A stretch of 33,178 bases of DNA from Octopus bimaculoides (GCF_001194135.2 NC_068984.1:66789885-66823062), one strand, 5' to 3'; counted from the stretch's first letter, positions 11,623 to 24,755 are shown. The notes: generated by a model not told the origin, from the letters alone. Program-made: numbers and translations.

Positions 11623-12077
11623 AATGAAAAATTCTGTCTAATGATGTAATGAAATAAGTATGTAGAGTAAATGCTTGGGTTGGTTTACCACTAAAATTCC
11701 AACTTGAACTGCAACTGAAACAAAGGTGCTGTAGACGAACTACTATTATCTTACTAAGGATGTTCCTTAATTCTTCAATGATGGTGTTGATAACTAATAT
11801 CCTTTATTAAGGATATTCCTTAATTATTCCTCTCTGAAGATGGAATAGTTGGCTTATATGGAAATCTTTGCTCAATAATCTATGCACCATTTGCACAGAT
11901 ATTCTAAGAAACAGCTTTACACATTATTTATTAATCCCTTATTTAATCTAATCTAACTACTCAGTAATTATATATTTGAATGATAAATTACATGCTCTAA
12001 AGTGAGACCCTGTTTTGCTCATTCATTCTTTCTTTCTAATCTATCTATCTATCTCTATCTAATTATACATACATACA

Positions 12078-12117
<40 letters not shown>

Positions 12118-12277
12118 NNNNNNNNNNNNNNNNNNNNNNNNNNNNNNNNNNNNNNNNNNNNNNNNNNNNNNNNNNNNNNNNNNNNNNNNNNNNNNNNNNN
12201 NNNNNNNNNNNNNNNNNNNNNNNNNNNNNNNNNNNNNNNNNNNNNNNNNNNNNNNNNNNNNNNNNNNNNNNNNNNNN
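12118..12277. other. Assembly gap; its right edge shows a family C tail (ggacgttaaacgatgatg)
   Basis: N run; 12278-12300 matches the family C 3' end. Confidence 1.
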
Positions 12278-12298
12278 GGACGTTAAACGATGATGATA

Positions 12299-12300
<2 letters not shown>

Positions 12301-12357
<57 letters not shown>

Positions 12358-12480
12358 CACACGCACACACACACACATATAGATACATACATATATATAA
12401 TAGAAATATCATGTGTATGTATATCACATATATATTACACACACTCACTTTCACTCTTTCATACAGACACACACATATTT
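12301..12480. repeat. (CA)n and degenerate CA/TA microsatellite
   Basis: Direct reading. Comparable tracts lie at 13740-13890, 17240-17473, 19210-19290, 30915-31025 and 31633-31845. Confidence 0.9.
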
Positions 12481-13403
12481 TGAAGTTGTACATGTTTGGT
12501 AAGTAGCTTGACGTAAGATTGTGTGTTGAAAGTAAAACATGTCAAAACAGTCATTTTAACCAATTACAAACACAGAAAAGTAGCAATTGTGCTTGCAGGA
12601 TGTTGTTTTCTTGATGGCACAATGCAACTGAAACAATACAAGTACACAAGCTTACAGCAACTAGTGTGTGCCTGACAGAAATCATTTACCTGCTCCTATT
12701 CAAGGAATCCTGTCTTTCCAAAGCAGTAATGTTTTGAGTATTTGTAACACCCTTGTATTGTGGTGAAATATATTACAGGGACTTACTGTGAACACTTTCA
12801 AAAATTATTATTACCAGCATCTACACTCATTCGGATCAAAGAACAATGAAAATCTTCATATCTTTGTCCAAAGTTTTCTGCAATTCAGCAGACAACAAGT
12901 CCTGGAATATCTGCCAACAACATGGGGAATTATCTATAAAGATCTCTCATACTTTAAAACACCACACACCTGAAAGGATTTGTGTCATTAAAAAGACCAC
13001 AATAAAGACAGTCAGCAATATTATGTAAATATAGATTAGATATAATCTAACAAATATCATAAAGTATAAACAAGTATCATAGAGTAGTTTTCTAGGCTTG
13101 AAATTGATAATTTCTTTATATGTAGCAATCCGGCCAGCAATATTTCTGACTTACCACATTTTTGACCACATAACTGGGTTTGTCCAATGAGAATCAGCTT
13201 AGCTAATTCAAATTGGTTAAAGATGTGTTGTAGTCACAGCTTCAATTATTCACTAAATATTGCCCTAACGATATCTCTACCTAACATGTGCAAACCCAAA
13301 CCAGAATGGAATGAATCATCAATAGATTTTCAGTGAATATATACTCTATATCATGAATTGAATGCTCTTTTCTTTTGCCTGAAAAATATGTTTGAATGTG
13401 TGC

Positions 13404-13441
<38 letters not shown>

Positions 13442-13517
13442 ATATTATAAAGTTAATGTAAACAGCAGGTTGCAACGTTTCATCAAAAAGGAGAATTATA
13501 ATTGACACTAAAAGTAA

Positions 13518-13694
13518 CTAGAAATAAAAGCTAAAACACTCTAATGCTGTAGTTAATGCTATGAATGAATACATATACACTAACAGGGACCATAATTGTC
13601 TGAAAAATACTGACCAGTTATGGTCCCTGTTAGTGTATATTTTCATTCATGTATGTTAGCTATAGAATTAGAGCATTTTAGCTCTTATTTCTAG
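13518..13694. repeat. Foldback (inverted repeat, ~80-bp arms, 16-nt spacer)
   Basis: 13518-13598 pairs with 13615-13694. The inner atatacactaacagggaccataa/ttatggtccctgttagtgtatat segment is perfectly complementary. Confidence 0.9.
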
Positions 13695-13750
13695 CGATAT
13701 AGGTGTTTTTTAACACCCTAGTCACTTTTCGTGACAATTATATATGTATA

Positions 13751-13789
<39 letters not shown>

Positions 13790-16110
13790 ATGTGTCTATG
13801 TATGTATGTGTGTGTGTGTATACACACATATATGTATATATATATACATATATGTATGAGTGTCTGTATGCATGTGTGTATGTATATTTGTTTATCAAAT
13901 GATATACACTTCAATAAAATTCAAGAGAAAGGGAAAAAATAAAAGCAAAGCCACTGATGGGAATATAAACTAGCTAGCTCTCACTTCCGTTGGCCTCTTA
14001 ATCTGAGAGTAGGAAGTTGTGAAGTCCCTGTGGTGTAAATGAATAAGCAATGCATCTGCTCTCCAAGTGGTGTGTGGTTAAATTCCCACAAGGATTTTTG
14101 TTATTTTCAAATTATTGCTACAAATATTGTTTATAAAAATGTATCATAGTCATCAGCTTTTTGCTTAATTTATTCATTTATTTATTAATGCTTCAATTTT
14201 CTAATAAAGCCTGTTATGTAGTTAAGAAGATTGATTTGCAGCCATGGTGCCCTAGGTTCTGTTTCACCATAAGGCATTGTGGGTAACTTTTCAGCCTCAT
14301 TTGTTTAGCAAAGAAAGTGTGCAGAAGCCCATCCCATCGTAAATATATTTGTGGGATTTTGTTTTGCATATGTGTTGTGTGTGTGAAGGGGTGATTGTAT
14401 TCATATATGTATGTGTGTATCAGTGTAAATTAATGTATTAGACAAATGTTCATTATGGGTTTTAGGCTACATACATTTATGCTAAGGACTGCTTAATCTT
14501 TTTAGAAGCAGAGATCAACAGATTAAGTACAAGACTAAGTACTGACATTACTAATACCAACTAAAAAGGATTTTGTTGTATCACAGTATGGTCTGAAACA
14601 TAAACAAGTAAAACTTTGGAGTAACTGAAAGCAAACTGTCTAGGTTAATAATAGATAAGTCCCAATATCCTATAGAAACTTCAATAGCATCTCTAGACGT
14701 TGTGATTTAAAATCCCACTGGATATTTAAAAACCCATGTTGTTCTTAAGTTGAAATAGATATGCTCTGTGTGAGTTTTGTATATTTGATAAACTTTGCAT
14801 AAATTAAGCTGGGTAGAGGTGACTGAGGCAAATGATGGAGAGAAATATAGGAGAGGCTCAGAGGCAGGGGTTGCAGTAAGTATTTGAGGGTATTGAGAGT
14901 AATAGCAGACAAAATAAGTGTTAATGGTGGTGAACAATATGGATAAGAAGGAACAGAGAGGAGATGACTGGTGGAGACAGTAAGTGGAGGCAGAAAATGT
15001 GTAATGGAAATGGTTTAAGATGGGGAAGAACACTCAAACAACCAACACTCAAAAGCTGCTTTTTACGTGCCACAGGCATGGGTGCAAGTTATGTGACACC
15101 AGCATCAACCACGACTATGATCTCTCTTGGCTTGATTGTTCTTCTCAAGTACAGCATATTGCCAAAGGTGTCAATGTATTTGTATGTAGGTATGTATGTT
15201 TATAAGTGTATGTGTATGTGTGTGTACAAGCATGTGTGTGTATGTAGAGTATAAAATTTACATGTTTCATTTGGTGTAGGAAGAAGAATTATGTGGTTGC
15301 AGTTGGAAACAATGAAAAGCCAGCAATTTTTGTTTACCTGTGTCAGGTTGTGGCCCTTCACTTGAAATATATGCCTCAGCCATTTGATATATTAGAGATC
15401 AATAAAATAAATACCAGGATGAAATATATTCTAGAATCAATGGGACAGAATAAAATGTTAAATGGTAGGAGCCTAACATGGCCACAGGACAATGACAGAC
15501 AGTAATAAAAGAATAAATAATATGTCCACAGTAGAGTTTTGAACCCATGACCTTATTTACCTTATTTACTCAGCCATCATACCTTTCTTCTTATACCATT
15601 GCATCGCACAACATGAGAACACTCTCAATGCATATTGGAAATTCTTCAGAAATATTTCAAAATCTTTTATATGAAAAAATAAACAAAAAAATAGTTCCAA
15701 GTCATTAACTTGTTAATTATGTCAAAACCTTTTGATATAATTAACAACTCAACGACTGGCAATTGATTTATTTGAATTTCAATTTGAGTTCAAATTTCGA
15801 TTTCGGATTTCCACTCCCTAATTTCGATTAATGAAAACACACTTTTTTCTATGAATTTGAAAAAATTTTAATTTGAGAAAAGTAGAATGAAAACAAAAGT
15901 AAACAAACAACAAAATAGAAATTAAAGAGGGAAAGAAAACTTTGTCATCATCCTTTTGAAAATAATCATAAGAAAAATTATCATTGTTGATCAAAACATT
16001 TAACTGGAACTTATGAGGGAGCTTCTGTATAGTTGTTTGATCTGCTGAAAGTAGCAACCAAACTTGTCTGGATACCACATTGTGTAATGCTAGCTTGCTA
16101 CACTCTGCTT

Positions 16111-16493
16111 GGTGGAGGCGCAATGGCCCAGTGGTTAGGGCAGCGGACTCGCGGTCATAGGATCGCGGTTTCGATTCCCAGACCGGGCATTGTGAGTGTT
16201 TATTGAGCGAAAACACCTAAAGCTCCACGAGGCTCCGGCAGGGGATGGTGGCAAACCCTGCTGTACTCTTTCACCACAACTTTCTCTCACTCTTACTTCT
16301 TGTTTCTGTTGTGCCTGTAATTCAAAGGGTCAGCCTTGTCATACTGTGTCATGCTGAATATCCCCGAGGACTATGTTGAGGGTACACGTGTGTTTGGAGT
16401 GCTCAGCCACTTGCATGTTAATTTCACGAGCAGGCTGTTCCATTGATTGGATCAACTGGAACCCTCGACGTTGTAAGCGATGGAGTGCCAACA
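16111..16493 (+). mobile_element. Full-length tRNA-derived SINE (family E) with target-site duplication
   Basis: tRNA-like head with A box (TGGCCCAGTGG) and B box (GGTTTCGATTCCC), short (CAA) tail, and flanking direct repeat acactctgctt at 16100-16110 and 16494-16504. Confidence 0.85.
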
Positions 16494-17419
16494 ACACTCT
16501 GCTTGACAAACAAAGAGGATGATCATGTTTGGAGTGTCTTTGAATATAAATCTGCTCCATTATGTTTCTTTTGAAGCTACACAACAACACATACAACAGA
16601 TCAGTTCTTCAAGACATTGTATCATAGGTCTATCACCAAATATTTCATCTTCATTTTGTGTATATAAATCCAGACCTGCTGGTATTAGCAAATTACATTC
16701 TTAGGAAAAATGTAAGTCTGTTCTAAAAGCTTACAAAACACATGCTAATTTTATAATAGTGTTACTGCACATTGTAGCAAATTGTTACGTCTTTGTGGTA
16801 CCTATTTACAGATAGGTAGCCCATACCATTTAAGAATTAAGTACTCTGGGCAAGAAAGCAACATAGTGTTACCAGTGAGATATCGATTGACCACCTACTT
16901 TTTCACTTTGTCTGTTACTCTGTTGATTTGGTTATCTATCCTCTCATATCTCATCTATCAATTCATAAAATAACATGTGATAATGACAAAGCTTCTACAT
17001 ATTTTATTCATTTATTTTGCATTTTTGTATCATGCATATAGTGAACAATAGCGTCGTTAGTTATAACTTTCCATAGGGGCAATCACTGGTTCATTGCATT
17101 TCCTATGGTAAGAATGGCAAGGAAGTGTCTGCACAGCTGAGGCGGAATAAATACGGCAAGATATTTTTGTTTGAATGCACTGGTTGTATTGATTTTCTCA
17201 GTGATGTGTGTATCTTTTACCAGTGTACATTCGCAAATGATATACACATACATATATTTACATATATTTATGCTCACATACACTCTCTCTCTCACACACA
17301 CACACACATACACACACATGTATATATCTATGTATATGTATATCTATATTATATACGTGTATATACATATGTATATATGTATACACATATGCATGTATAT
17401 ATATGTATACACATACACG

Positions 17420-17473
<54 letters not shown>

Positions 17474-17970
17474 NNNNNNNNNNNNNNNNNNNNNNNNNNN
17501 NNNNNNNNNNNNNNNNNNNNNNNNNNNNNNNNNNNNNNNNNNNNNNNNNNNNNNNNNNNNNNNNNNNNNNNNNNNNNNNNNNNNNNNNNNNNNNNNNNNN
17601 NNNNNNNNNNNNNNNNNNNNNNNNNNNNNNNNNNNNNNNNNNNNNNNNNNNNNNNNNNNNNNNNNNNNNNNNNNNNNNNNNNNNNNNNNNNNNNNNNNNN
17701 NNNNNNNNNNNNNNNNNNNNNNNNNNNNNNNNNNNNNNNNNNNNNNNNNNNNNNNNNNNNNNNNNNNNNNNNNNNNNNNNNNNNNNNNNNNNNNNNNNNN
17801 NNNNNNNNNNNNNNNNNNNNNNNNNNNNNNNNNNNNNNNNNNNNNNNNNNNNNNNNNNNNNNNNNNNNNNNNNNNNNNNNNNNNNNNNNNNNNNNNNNNN
17901 NNNNNNNNNNNNNNNNNNNNNNNNNNNNNNNNNNNNNNNNNNNNNNNNNNNNNNNNNNNNNNNNNNNNNN
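17474..17970. other. Assembly gap
   Basis: N run flanked by (TA)n. Confidence 1.
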
Positions 17971-18025
<55 letters not shown>

Positions 18026-18399
18026 CACACATATATATGTACATAGATATATAATGAATTTAATGAGTGGAGTTCTTGATGATTGCCTGATCTGTGAGAA
18101 ACAGTACACAATCCTCCCTCAAATCACACCCTACTGGCTTAAAGGAACATATCAGATAATCAGATGATGTGGTTTGGGATTCCCAACGCATAGAGATAAA
18201 AGACATGATAGTCGTGGCAGGAATACTAATTATCATAAATATTCTAAATCATGAGTGATCTGGGATTAAACAAACAACAGCAACATCAAGCTTAAATCAC
18301 CAAACATTAGTCAACCAAAACCAAAAGCAATGTTAGGAGATGCTTGCTCAAGGCTCAAAACCCAAAATCACATGGCTGGGAAGCAAGGTTAATTAATCA

Positions 18400-18620
18400 T
18401 GCCTGTGTCCGTGGGAACATCAACATGGAAGCCACTATGTAGCATCTGGATTTTCCTAAAATTACACTGAATTGCTTTGAAGAAAGAAGGGGTATTTTAC
18501 ATAATGTAGTTCTAGATTCTACTAAAAAGACAGTTTGATCTTGACAGGAGCACCTTTGATCATAAATCTTTCAATCAAGGTTAACCTGGCTCTAAACAAC
18601 AGCAACAACAACAACAACAT
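18400..18620 (+). mobile_element. Family D degenerate retroposon with (CAA)n tail
   Basis: cctttgatcataaatct...ctaaacaacagcaacaac tail. Related fragments lie at 2281-2450, 10380-10500, 10570-10735, 15990-16060 and 18095-18285 (+), and at 750-810 and 21490-21560 (-); they share aaatagcagccaaatctccctcaaatc-like sequence. Confidence 0.5.
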
Positions 18621-19221
18621 AGGGTATTAGGGATTAGAATCCTTAATCACTTTTCATGAGGTGATTAAGAGGATACAAAATGAAAGCCATATTTCACGCC
18701 ACACCAAACCACATCGCATAACAACTATAATTTCTTTGTTTGTTTAAAATTCTGATAATAAAATGGGGGCACTGCAATGTTACTGAGATTTCAATGCAGA
18801 GTCAGAATATTTAAGATTTAAACCTCTTGCTAATCATATGATGTAAGGATTGAATAAATATAAGATAATGGAAATAAAATATAACTAAAAAAAAAATAAA
18901 CAAAATGATGATACTTACAGCATTATACATTTGATCAACCCTACTTTACTTGCCTATTCACACACACATTTACAGATACATACACACATGCATATATATG
19001 TTTAATGCATTTAGTTTGCTAAATCTCTTGTCAGATAATGAAAATTTCAGTTGTCTTCTCCTTCAAATTGCATTTGATTGGTTGTAAAATCGGTGACTTT
19101 TAAGGATATCCATTAAAGAAGTGCTGCTGTATATTCTGCATGAGAGAAAATGGGCTTAGCTAGATTGTAAAAGGATGATATATGATGTAGAAGAGAAAAT
19201 TACACAGCGGTGTATGTGTAT

Positions 19222-19269
<48 letters not shown>

Positions 19270-19754
19270 ACACACACATGCACACTCACACATGTAAGGA
19301 GGCTTAATCCAGAAATATATAAAATCTTTTACTTGAAATATCTTGCTTATTTACAGGCTAAAACATTTCTTGACAGTGGTCTGAAGAATCATTATTTATA
19401 GCAATAAGGTTGATATAAGAGGCTTATTCCAGAAGATTACAAGAAAATAAAAGACAACTCTAAACTAGATATTCAGCAAGGAAACTAGATAGGATGACTT
19501 GCATAGTCTAAAGTGTGAAAAGTAATCCAATAATTCTTAGGCACAATTTCAGTAATAGTAAATGATTCTGCAGACACAGTAAGATTTCATTAGTAACATA
19601 TTTTATACCAAGTGACAAAAGAACGAGATAATTTCACTAAACTAAGTAATAATAATCTATATCTTTATTAATTATAATTGTGCTTTTCATAATCAAAGAA
19701 CTGTTCTCTTTATTTTTTGAAATGTTTAGTAAAGAAATTGTTGTTATAGGTACT

Positions 19755-19915
19755 GGTATTGCTGTGTGGTAAGAAGTTTGCTTTCCAACCACATGGTTTT
19801 GTGTTCAGTTCCTCTGCATGGTATCTTGAGGCAAGTATCTTCTACTATGGCCCCAGGCTTGCCTTAAGCATTGTGAGTGAGTTTAGTATATGGAGACTGA
19901 AAGAAGCCTGCCGTA
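19755..19915 (+). mobile_element. Family A SINE head/CORE module
   Basis: gctgtgtggtaagaagtttgc...ggcaagtatcttctactatg...actgaaagaagcc followed by (TA)n. Confidence 0.75.
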
Positions 19916-20029
19916 CATATATATATATTTATATGTAAGTTCATTTAGAGGTTAAGTAAGCCTCATTAAGGAATAATAATATCCAAGGAATTTACTGGTT
20001 TCTTACCTATTATTTTAAATCATCATCAT

Positions 20030-20272
20030 CATTATCATCATCATCGTTTAACGTCTGCTTTCCATGCTAGCATGTGTTGGACGATTTGACTGAGGACTGG
20101 TGAACCGGATGGCTACACCAGGCGCCAATCTGATTTGGCAGAATTTCTACAGCTGGATGCCCTTCCTAACGCCAACCACTCGGAGAGAGTAGTGGGTGAT
20201 TTTACGTGCCACCGGCACGAAGGCCAGTCAGGTGGTACTGGCAACGGCCATGCTCAAAATGGTGTATTTTAC
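20030..20272 (-). mobile_element. Family C retroposon running into an assembly gap
   Basis: Near-identical to 24385-24630; (CAT)n on the + strand. Confidence 0.85.
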
Positions 20273-20550
20273 NNNNNNNNNNNNNNNNNNNNNNNNNNNN
20301 NNNNNNNNNNNNNNNNNNNNNNNNNNNNNNNNNNNNNNNNNNNNNNNNNNNNNNNNNNNNNNNNNNNNNNNNNNNNNNNNNNNNNNNNNNNNNNNNNNNN
20401 NNNNNNNNNNNNNNNNNNNNNNNNNNNNNNNNNNNNNNNNNNNNNNNNNNNNNNNNNNNNNNNNNNNNNNNNNNNNNNNNNNNNNNNNNNNNNNNNNNNN
20501 NNNNNNNNNNNNNNNNNNNNNNNNNNNNNNNNNNNNNNNNNNNNNNNNNN
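20273..20550. other. Assembly gap
   Basis: N run starting inside a family C copy. Confidence 1.
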
Positions 20551-20553
20551 NAT

Positions 20554-20589
<36 letters not shown>

Positions 20590-21139
20590 GCACACATACA
20601 TCTATGAATGTATCTGTGTATACGTGTGTGTGTGTGTATCTTTGTGTTTGTCTTCCACTACTGCTTGACAACTGTTATTGGTTTGTTTATGTCTCTTGTA
20701 ACTTTGCAGTTCAGCATATGAGACTGATAAAATAAGTACCAGGACCAGGCTTGAAAAAATAGTACTGAGCTCAATTTGTTTGACTAAAACTCTTTAAGAT
20801 AGTGCCCCAACATGAAAGTTGTCCAATGATTGAAACAGTAAAAGTTAAATGATACAATAATAGTTTCTTTTTCTTTAACAATATCAAACCACAGAGAAAA
20901 TAATCTTCAACCTTAATAGAGGTGGTTGCAAGGTTGTACCCCCACCTTCACAACTACTGTATTATGCCTGTGATTAAGATACTTAAGTTTCAAGAAGCAT
21001 GTTCACCTAAATCTAAGTTGGTACAACAATGCCATCAGTGGCAAGTCTGTTAGCTTGATTCCTCTTGTGGAACTGGAGAAAGCACTGGGGCATTACATCA
21101 GCAGTATACCCACTTTCAACCACTGCAAAATGTTAACAG

Positions 21140-21325
21140 GATTTTCAGTGACCTCACTGATGTTGGTTCCATGTAAAAAGCATTCAGTAAAGTGGCTGGT
21201 GCTAGGAAGAGTATCCAGCAATAGAAACCATGACAACGCAGACGGTAGAACTCAGTACAGGTGTCTGGCTCCCCAGCACCTGTCAAATTCTTCAACCCAT
21301 ACAAGAATGATGATGATGATGATAA
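21140..21325 (+). mobile_element. Older family C-like copy
   Basis: ccatgtaaaaagcattcag...ctaggaagagtatccagcaatagaaacc...caacccatacaagaatgatgatgatgatgat. Similar old copies lie at about 26475-26690 (+) and 15050-15170 (-). Confidence 0.6.
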
Positions 21326-21699
21326 TAGTGATCCAGTTACCTGTTTGGGTTATGAGACTAAACACTGCTGGACATCAATACCATGGTCACCATCGTCAGA
21401 CCTATGATCAAATGCAATCTAACTTTATCATATCAGAGAAAACATTGTCTAATGTAGATTCCTTTATTAAAGACAGTGGGGTTTGATTGAATGAAGGGAG
21501 ATTTTGCTGTTATTCCTAGCAGTTTGAGCAACCATATATAGTGAGACTCCTTCATTGGGTTGAATGCCATGAGTATAGTAGAACAGTGTTAAGTACAAAC
21601 AGATAAGTTCATAAGCAGGTTTCAAATCCTAACTGAAGTAATTTTCAGTTGAATTATTCTGTTAATACCTCTGGGAAATGCATAGATATCACACTCATT

Positions 21700-22272
21700 C
21701 TTTTATCTTTCATCTTCAGTCATTGGACTGTGGCCTTGCTGGGGCACTGTGTTGAAGTGTTTTAGTTAAGCAAATCGACCCCAATACTTATTTTTAAGCT
21801 TGGTACTTAATCCATTATTCTCTTTTGTTGAACTGCCAAGTTACAAGGATACAAACAAACCAGCACTGGTTGTCAAGCAAAGATAGAACAAACACAAAGA
21901 TGGCGGGCTGGCAGAAACGTTAGCATGCCAGGCGAAATGCTTAATGGTATTTCGTCTGCCGCTACATTCTGAGTTCAAATTCTGCTGAGGTCGACTTTGC
22001 CTTTCATCCTTTCGGGGCCGATTAAATAAGTACCAGTTACGCACTGGGGTCGATATAATTGACTTAATCCATTTGTCTGTTCTTGTTTGTCCCCTCTGGG
22101 TGTAGCCCCTTGTGGGTAGTAAAGAAATAACACAAAGACACACACACGCACGCACACACACACGTGCATGCACATTATCCAAAATTCTGGCTACTTCCTT
22201 TTTCTTAATATACAATATCTGTACACCACTTGAAACACACACACTCTCTCTCTCTATGTATATATTTATGTG

Positions 22273-22303
<31 letters not shown>

Positions 22304-22430
22304 ATTTACACAGCATCCTCTCAGCTTCCAATTACCAAATTCATTGTCAAGGCTTTAGTGCCAACACAGCAGAACTGAACCCAAAATCACATGGCTGCAA
22401 AGCAAGCTCCTTACTATATGACCATGTGGT
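21700..22430 (-). mobile_element. Family A SINE (variant 1) split by a family B insertion
   Basis: Body at 21700-21890, microsatellite at about 22139-22300 and degenerate head at about 22300-22430 flank the inserted element. Confidence 0.6.
21901..22128 (+). mobile_element. Family B SINE, apparently full length, with 10-bp TSD
   Basis: ggcagaaacgttagc...gagttcaaattctgctgaggtcgactttgcctttcatcctttcggggccgattaaataagtaccag; flanking direct repeat aacacaaaga at 21891-21900 and 22129-22138. Confidence 0.85.
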
Positions 22431-23759
22431 ATATCTTAAACAGATTCATATCTACAAGACTAAAAAAGAAACAAAAAAGACTCTGATGAAGCTGTTTCAG
22501 CATATGCATCATCCCTAATACATTTGATGCAACATTATTTTCGTACTGCAGATTTTCTGACAAGATCATTTTCTTACTACATAAGGAACATAACAAAATA
22601 CTGTTTTTTTTTCGTTTTTTTTTCCCCAGCTGATGACTGTCTAACTTGCAATGATATGTAGACAGCACCAAATACTTACTCACTATTCACTCTCAGCACA
22701 ACCATTCAGTTATAGATATGTTATTTGTTTTAGGAAATTTCAAGAGAATATGGCATCTAATGAGAATGATAAACATTATTTTCTAGTTATACTTCTTTTC
22801 TCATTATAGCCAATTGAAAGATTGAGAACTTTGTAGCATACAACATTTTATGAAGTTGTTTCTCTTGTGATGTCTTGTTTTTTTTTGTTTTTGTTGTTTT
22901 TTTTGCATTTGAATGAATATTTGAATGAATACTGATTACTCTCTCAGGAACAAGGTTAGTTTTGGAAGATGAGATAGTATAGCAGATTTTTTTTTTGTTT
23001 TGTTTTTGTTTTATTTTTCTGATCCCAAATCACTTACTGGTACTTGTATTATTGAATCTAGAATGACAAAATGTCAAATTAACTGCAGCTGGTTTTGAAC
23101 TGAAAACTATGAAAGATGGAAACAAAATATTATGAAGTATCCAGTTCTGAGATTATATGATTATTTGGTCATCTCTATAAAGTGATATACATTTCTTTAG
23201 AAACCCTATGTTCCTATCAAAGCATTGCTAAGTACTGGTGACATATATTGTGTTAAGGGAGGAGTAACTGGACAGTAAGTAACTGTTTGTTTTGGTGTTT
23301 GAACATATCTATGTAAGTGAGACAGCAATCAGCTAGGGAAAAAAGTGGTATTTCATTATGTTAAAATACAATAAGAAATTACCTTGTCAGGAAATCTCTG
23401 GTTGGAAAATGATGTCAAGTCAAGGGTTAATCGAGTCAAGTCCTTAATAGGAAGATTTGTATAAAATATATTCATATAAAGGTTAGAAACAGAAACAAGA
23501 GATATGACAGTGTCACTTCTAAGACGTTATAAGATTTTTAAACATTATTCTCTTGTCAATATTTAGCTTGTGAATGTTTGCACAGCAATCTTCGACAATC
23601 TTAAGACTGCTTATTGAATATGATTGAATGTAACATTCTCAACATGTAATTTATTGATGCATTATTTGCTGACACAAACAAACAATTGTTTAAATACTTC
23701 ATCAAGGCAGGAAGAAGAATTTCAGTCTAAAGTAGAAAAAAAAAATGAAAGAATCTACA

Positions 23760-24390
23760 ATTGCTTGAGATTTTTATGAGATACAGACAGCAATTTTCTC
23801 TACTCTACATGGCATTTGAGTTTAAAATGAATGTCTAAATGGATTCTAAAATACTTGACAGAAATGATGGAGTGTCTAACTAAATATATTCCACCATTTA
23901 GCTTCACCCTTCTTTGTTTTGAGTTCAAATCTTGTTAGTAGCTGACATTGTATTTTATCTCACCAGGGTTGATTAAATACTAATTGAACTAAATTGATCC
24001 ACACCTACAAATTCATAATTTTGTTCTAATGTATGAATTCAGTTTTAATTGGGGCAGATTGATAAAATCATCATAGCATTGGACAAAATTCTATGACCCT
24101 TTTCAGTCTGAATTCAAGGTCTATCATCTATTTGAGATTAATTTAATAAAATTGCCAGTCAAGTACTTGAGCAATTTAATCAACTATACCAACCTCATAA
24201 ATTTGAGAACTTTTTCCTCTGACAGAAATCAATATCAACTTAACAAAAGGCAGTGAACTGGCACAAATAATGGAACATCTTTAGATGAGTAAATCCATTA
24301 TGCAATACAGTGCATTTTTTGACAATTTGAAATATAAGTTATTTTGAGTTTCAAAAAATTATCATATGATTGTAATCTCACCATAATCAT
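23760..24390 (+). mobile_element. Cluster of old family B SINE copies
   Basis: Degenerate tgagttcaaa motifs recur near 23815, 23920, 24105 and 24345, with ggcag/gacagaa-like heads. Confidence 0.45.
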
Positions 24391-24755
24391 CATCATCATC
24401 ATCATCATCGTTTAACGTCCGCTTTCCATGCTAGCATGGGTTGGACGATTTGACTGAGGACTGGTGAACCAGATGGCTAGACCAGGCTCCAATCTGATTT
24501 GGCAGGGTTTCTACAGCTGGATGCCCTTCCTAATGCCAACCACTCTGAGAGTGTAGTAGGTGCTTTTACGTGCCACTGGCACAAAGGCCAGTCAGGCAGT
24601 ACTGGCAACGGCCACGCTTAAAATGGTGTATTTTACATGCCACCAGCACAAGTGCCAGGAAGGTGACGCTGGGCACAGGTGCCATCACAATTTTGCTTTC
24701 GCTTGCCCCAACAGGTCTTCGCAAGCCGAGTTTTGTGTCCAATGAAGGAGAAGCA
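24385..24755 (-). mobile_element. Family C retroposon (RTE-like 3' end, (GAT)n tail)
   Basis: The minus strand ends ccaacccatgctagcatggaaagcggacgttaaacgatgatgatg. It contains the tggcattaggaagggcatccagctgtagaaa motif and an internally repeated gtggcacgtaaaagcacc-like unit. Confidence 0.85.

Noticed and set aside
14028-14092. tRNA-like A/B box spacing (gtggtgtaaatg...ggttaaattccc)
   Set aside because: Too degenerate to fold; most likely an old SINE head fragment.
16111-16185. tRNA gene
   Set aside because: It has A and B boxes but no proper acceptor stem, and it continues into a 380-nt body with tail and TSD, so it is a SINE head.
17125-18167. Long ORFs spanning N runs (also 8519-9154, 12002-12493, 20135-20671, 30881-31870)
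   Set aside because: They consist of (TA)n/(CA)n translations (YIYI, HTHT, CVCV) and X from assembly gaps.
24690-24735. Stem followed by GAAA at the 5' part of family C (gcttgc...gcaagc-gaaa on the minus strand), suggestive of a ribozyme
   Set aside because: There is no CUGANGA, and the spacing is too short for an HDV-like double pseudoknot.
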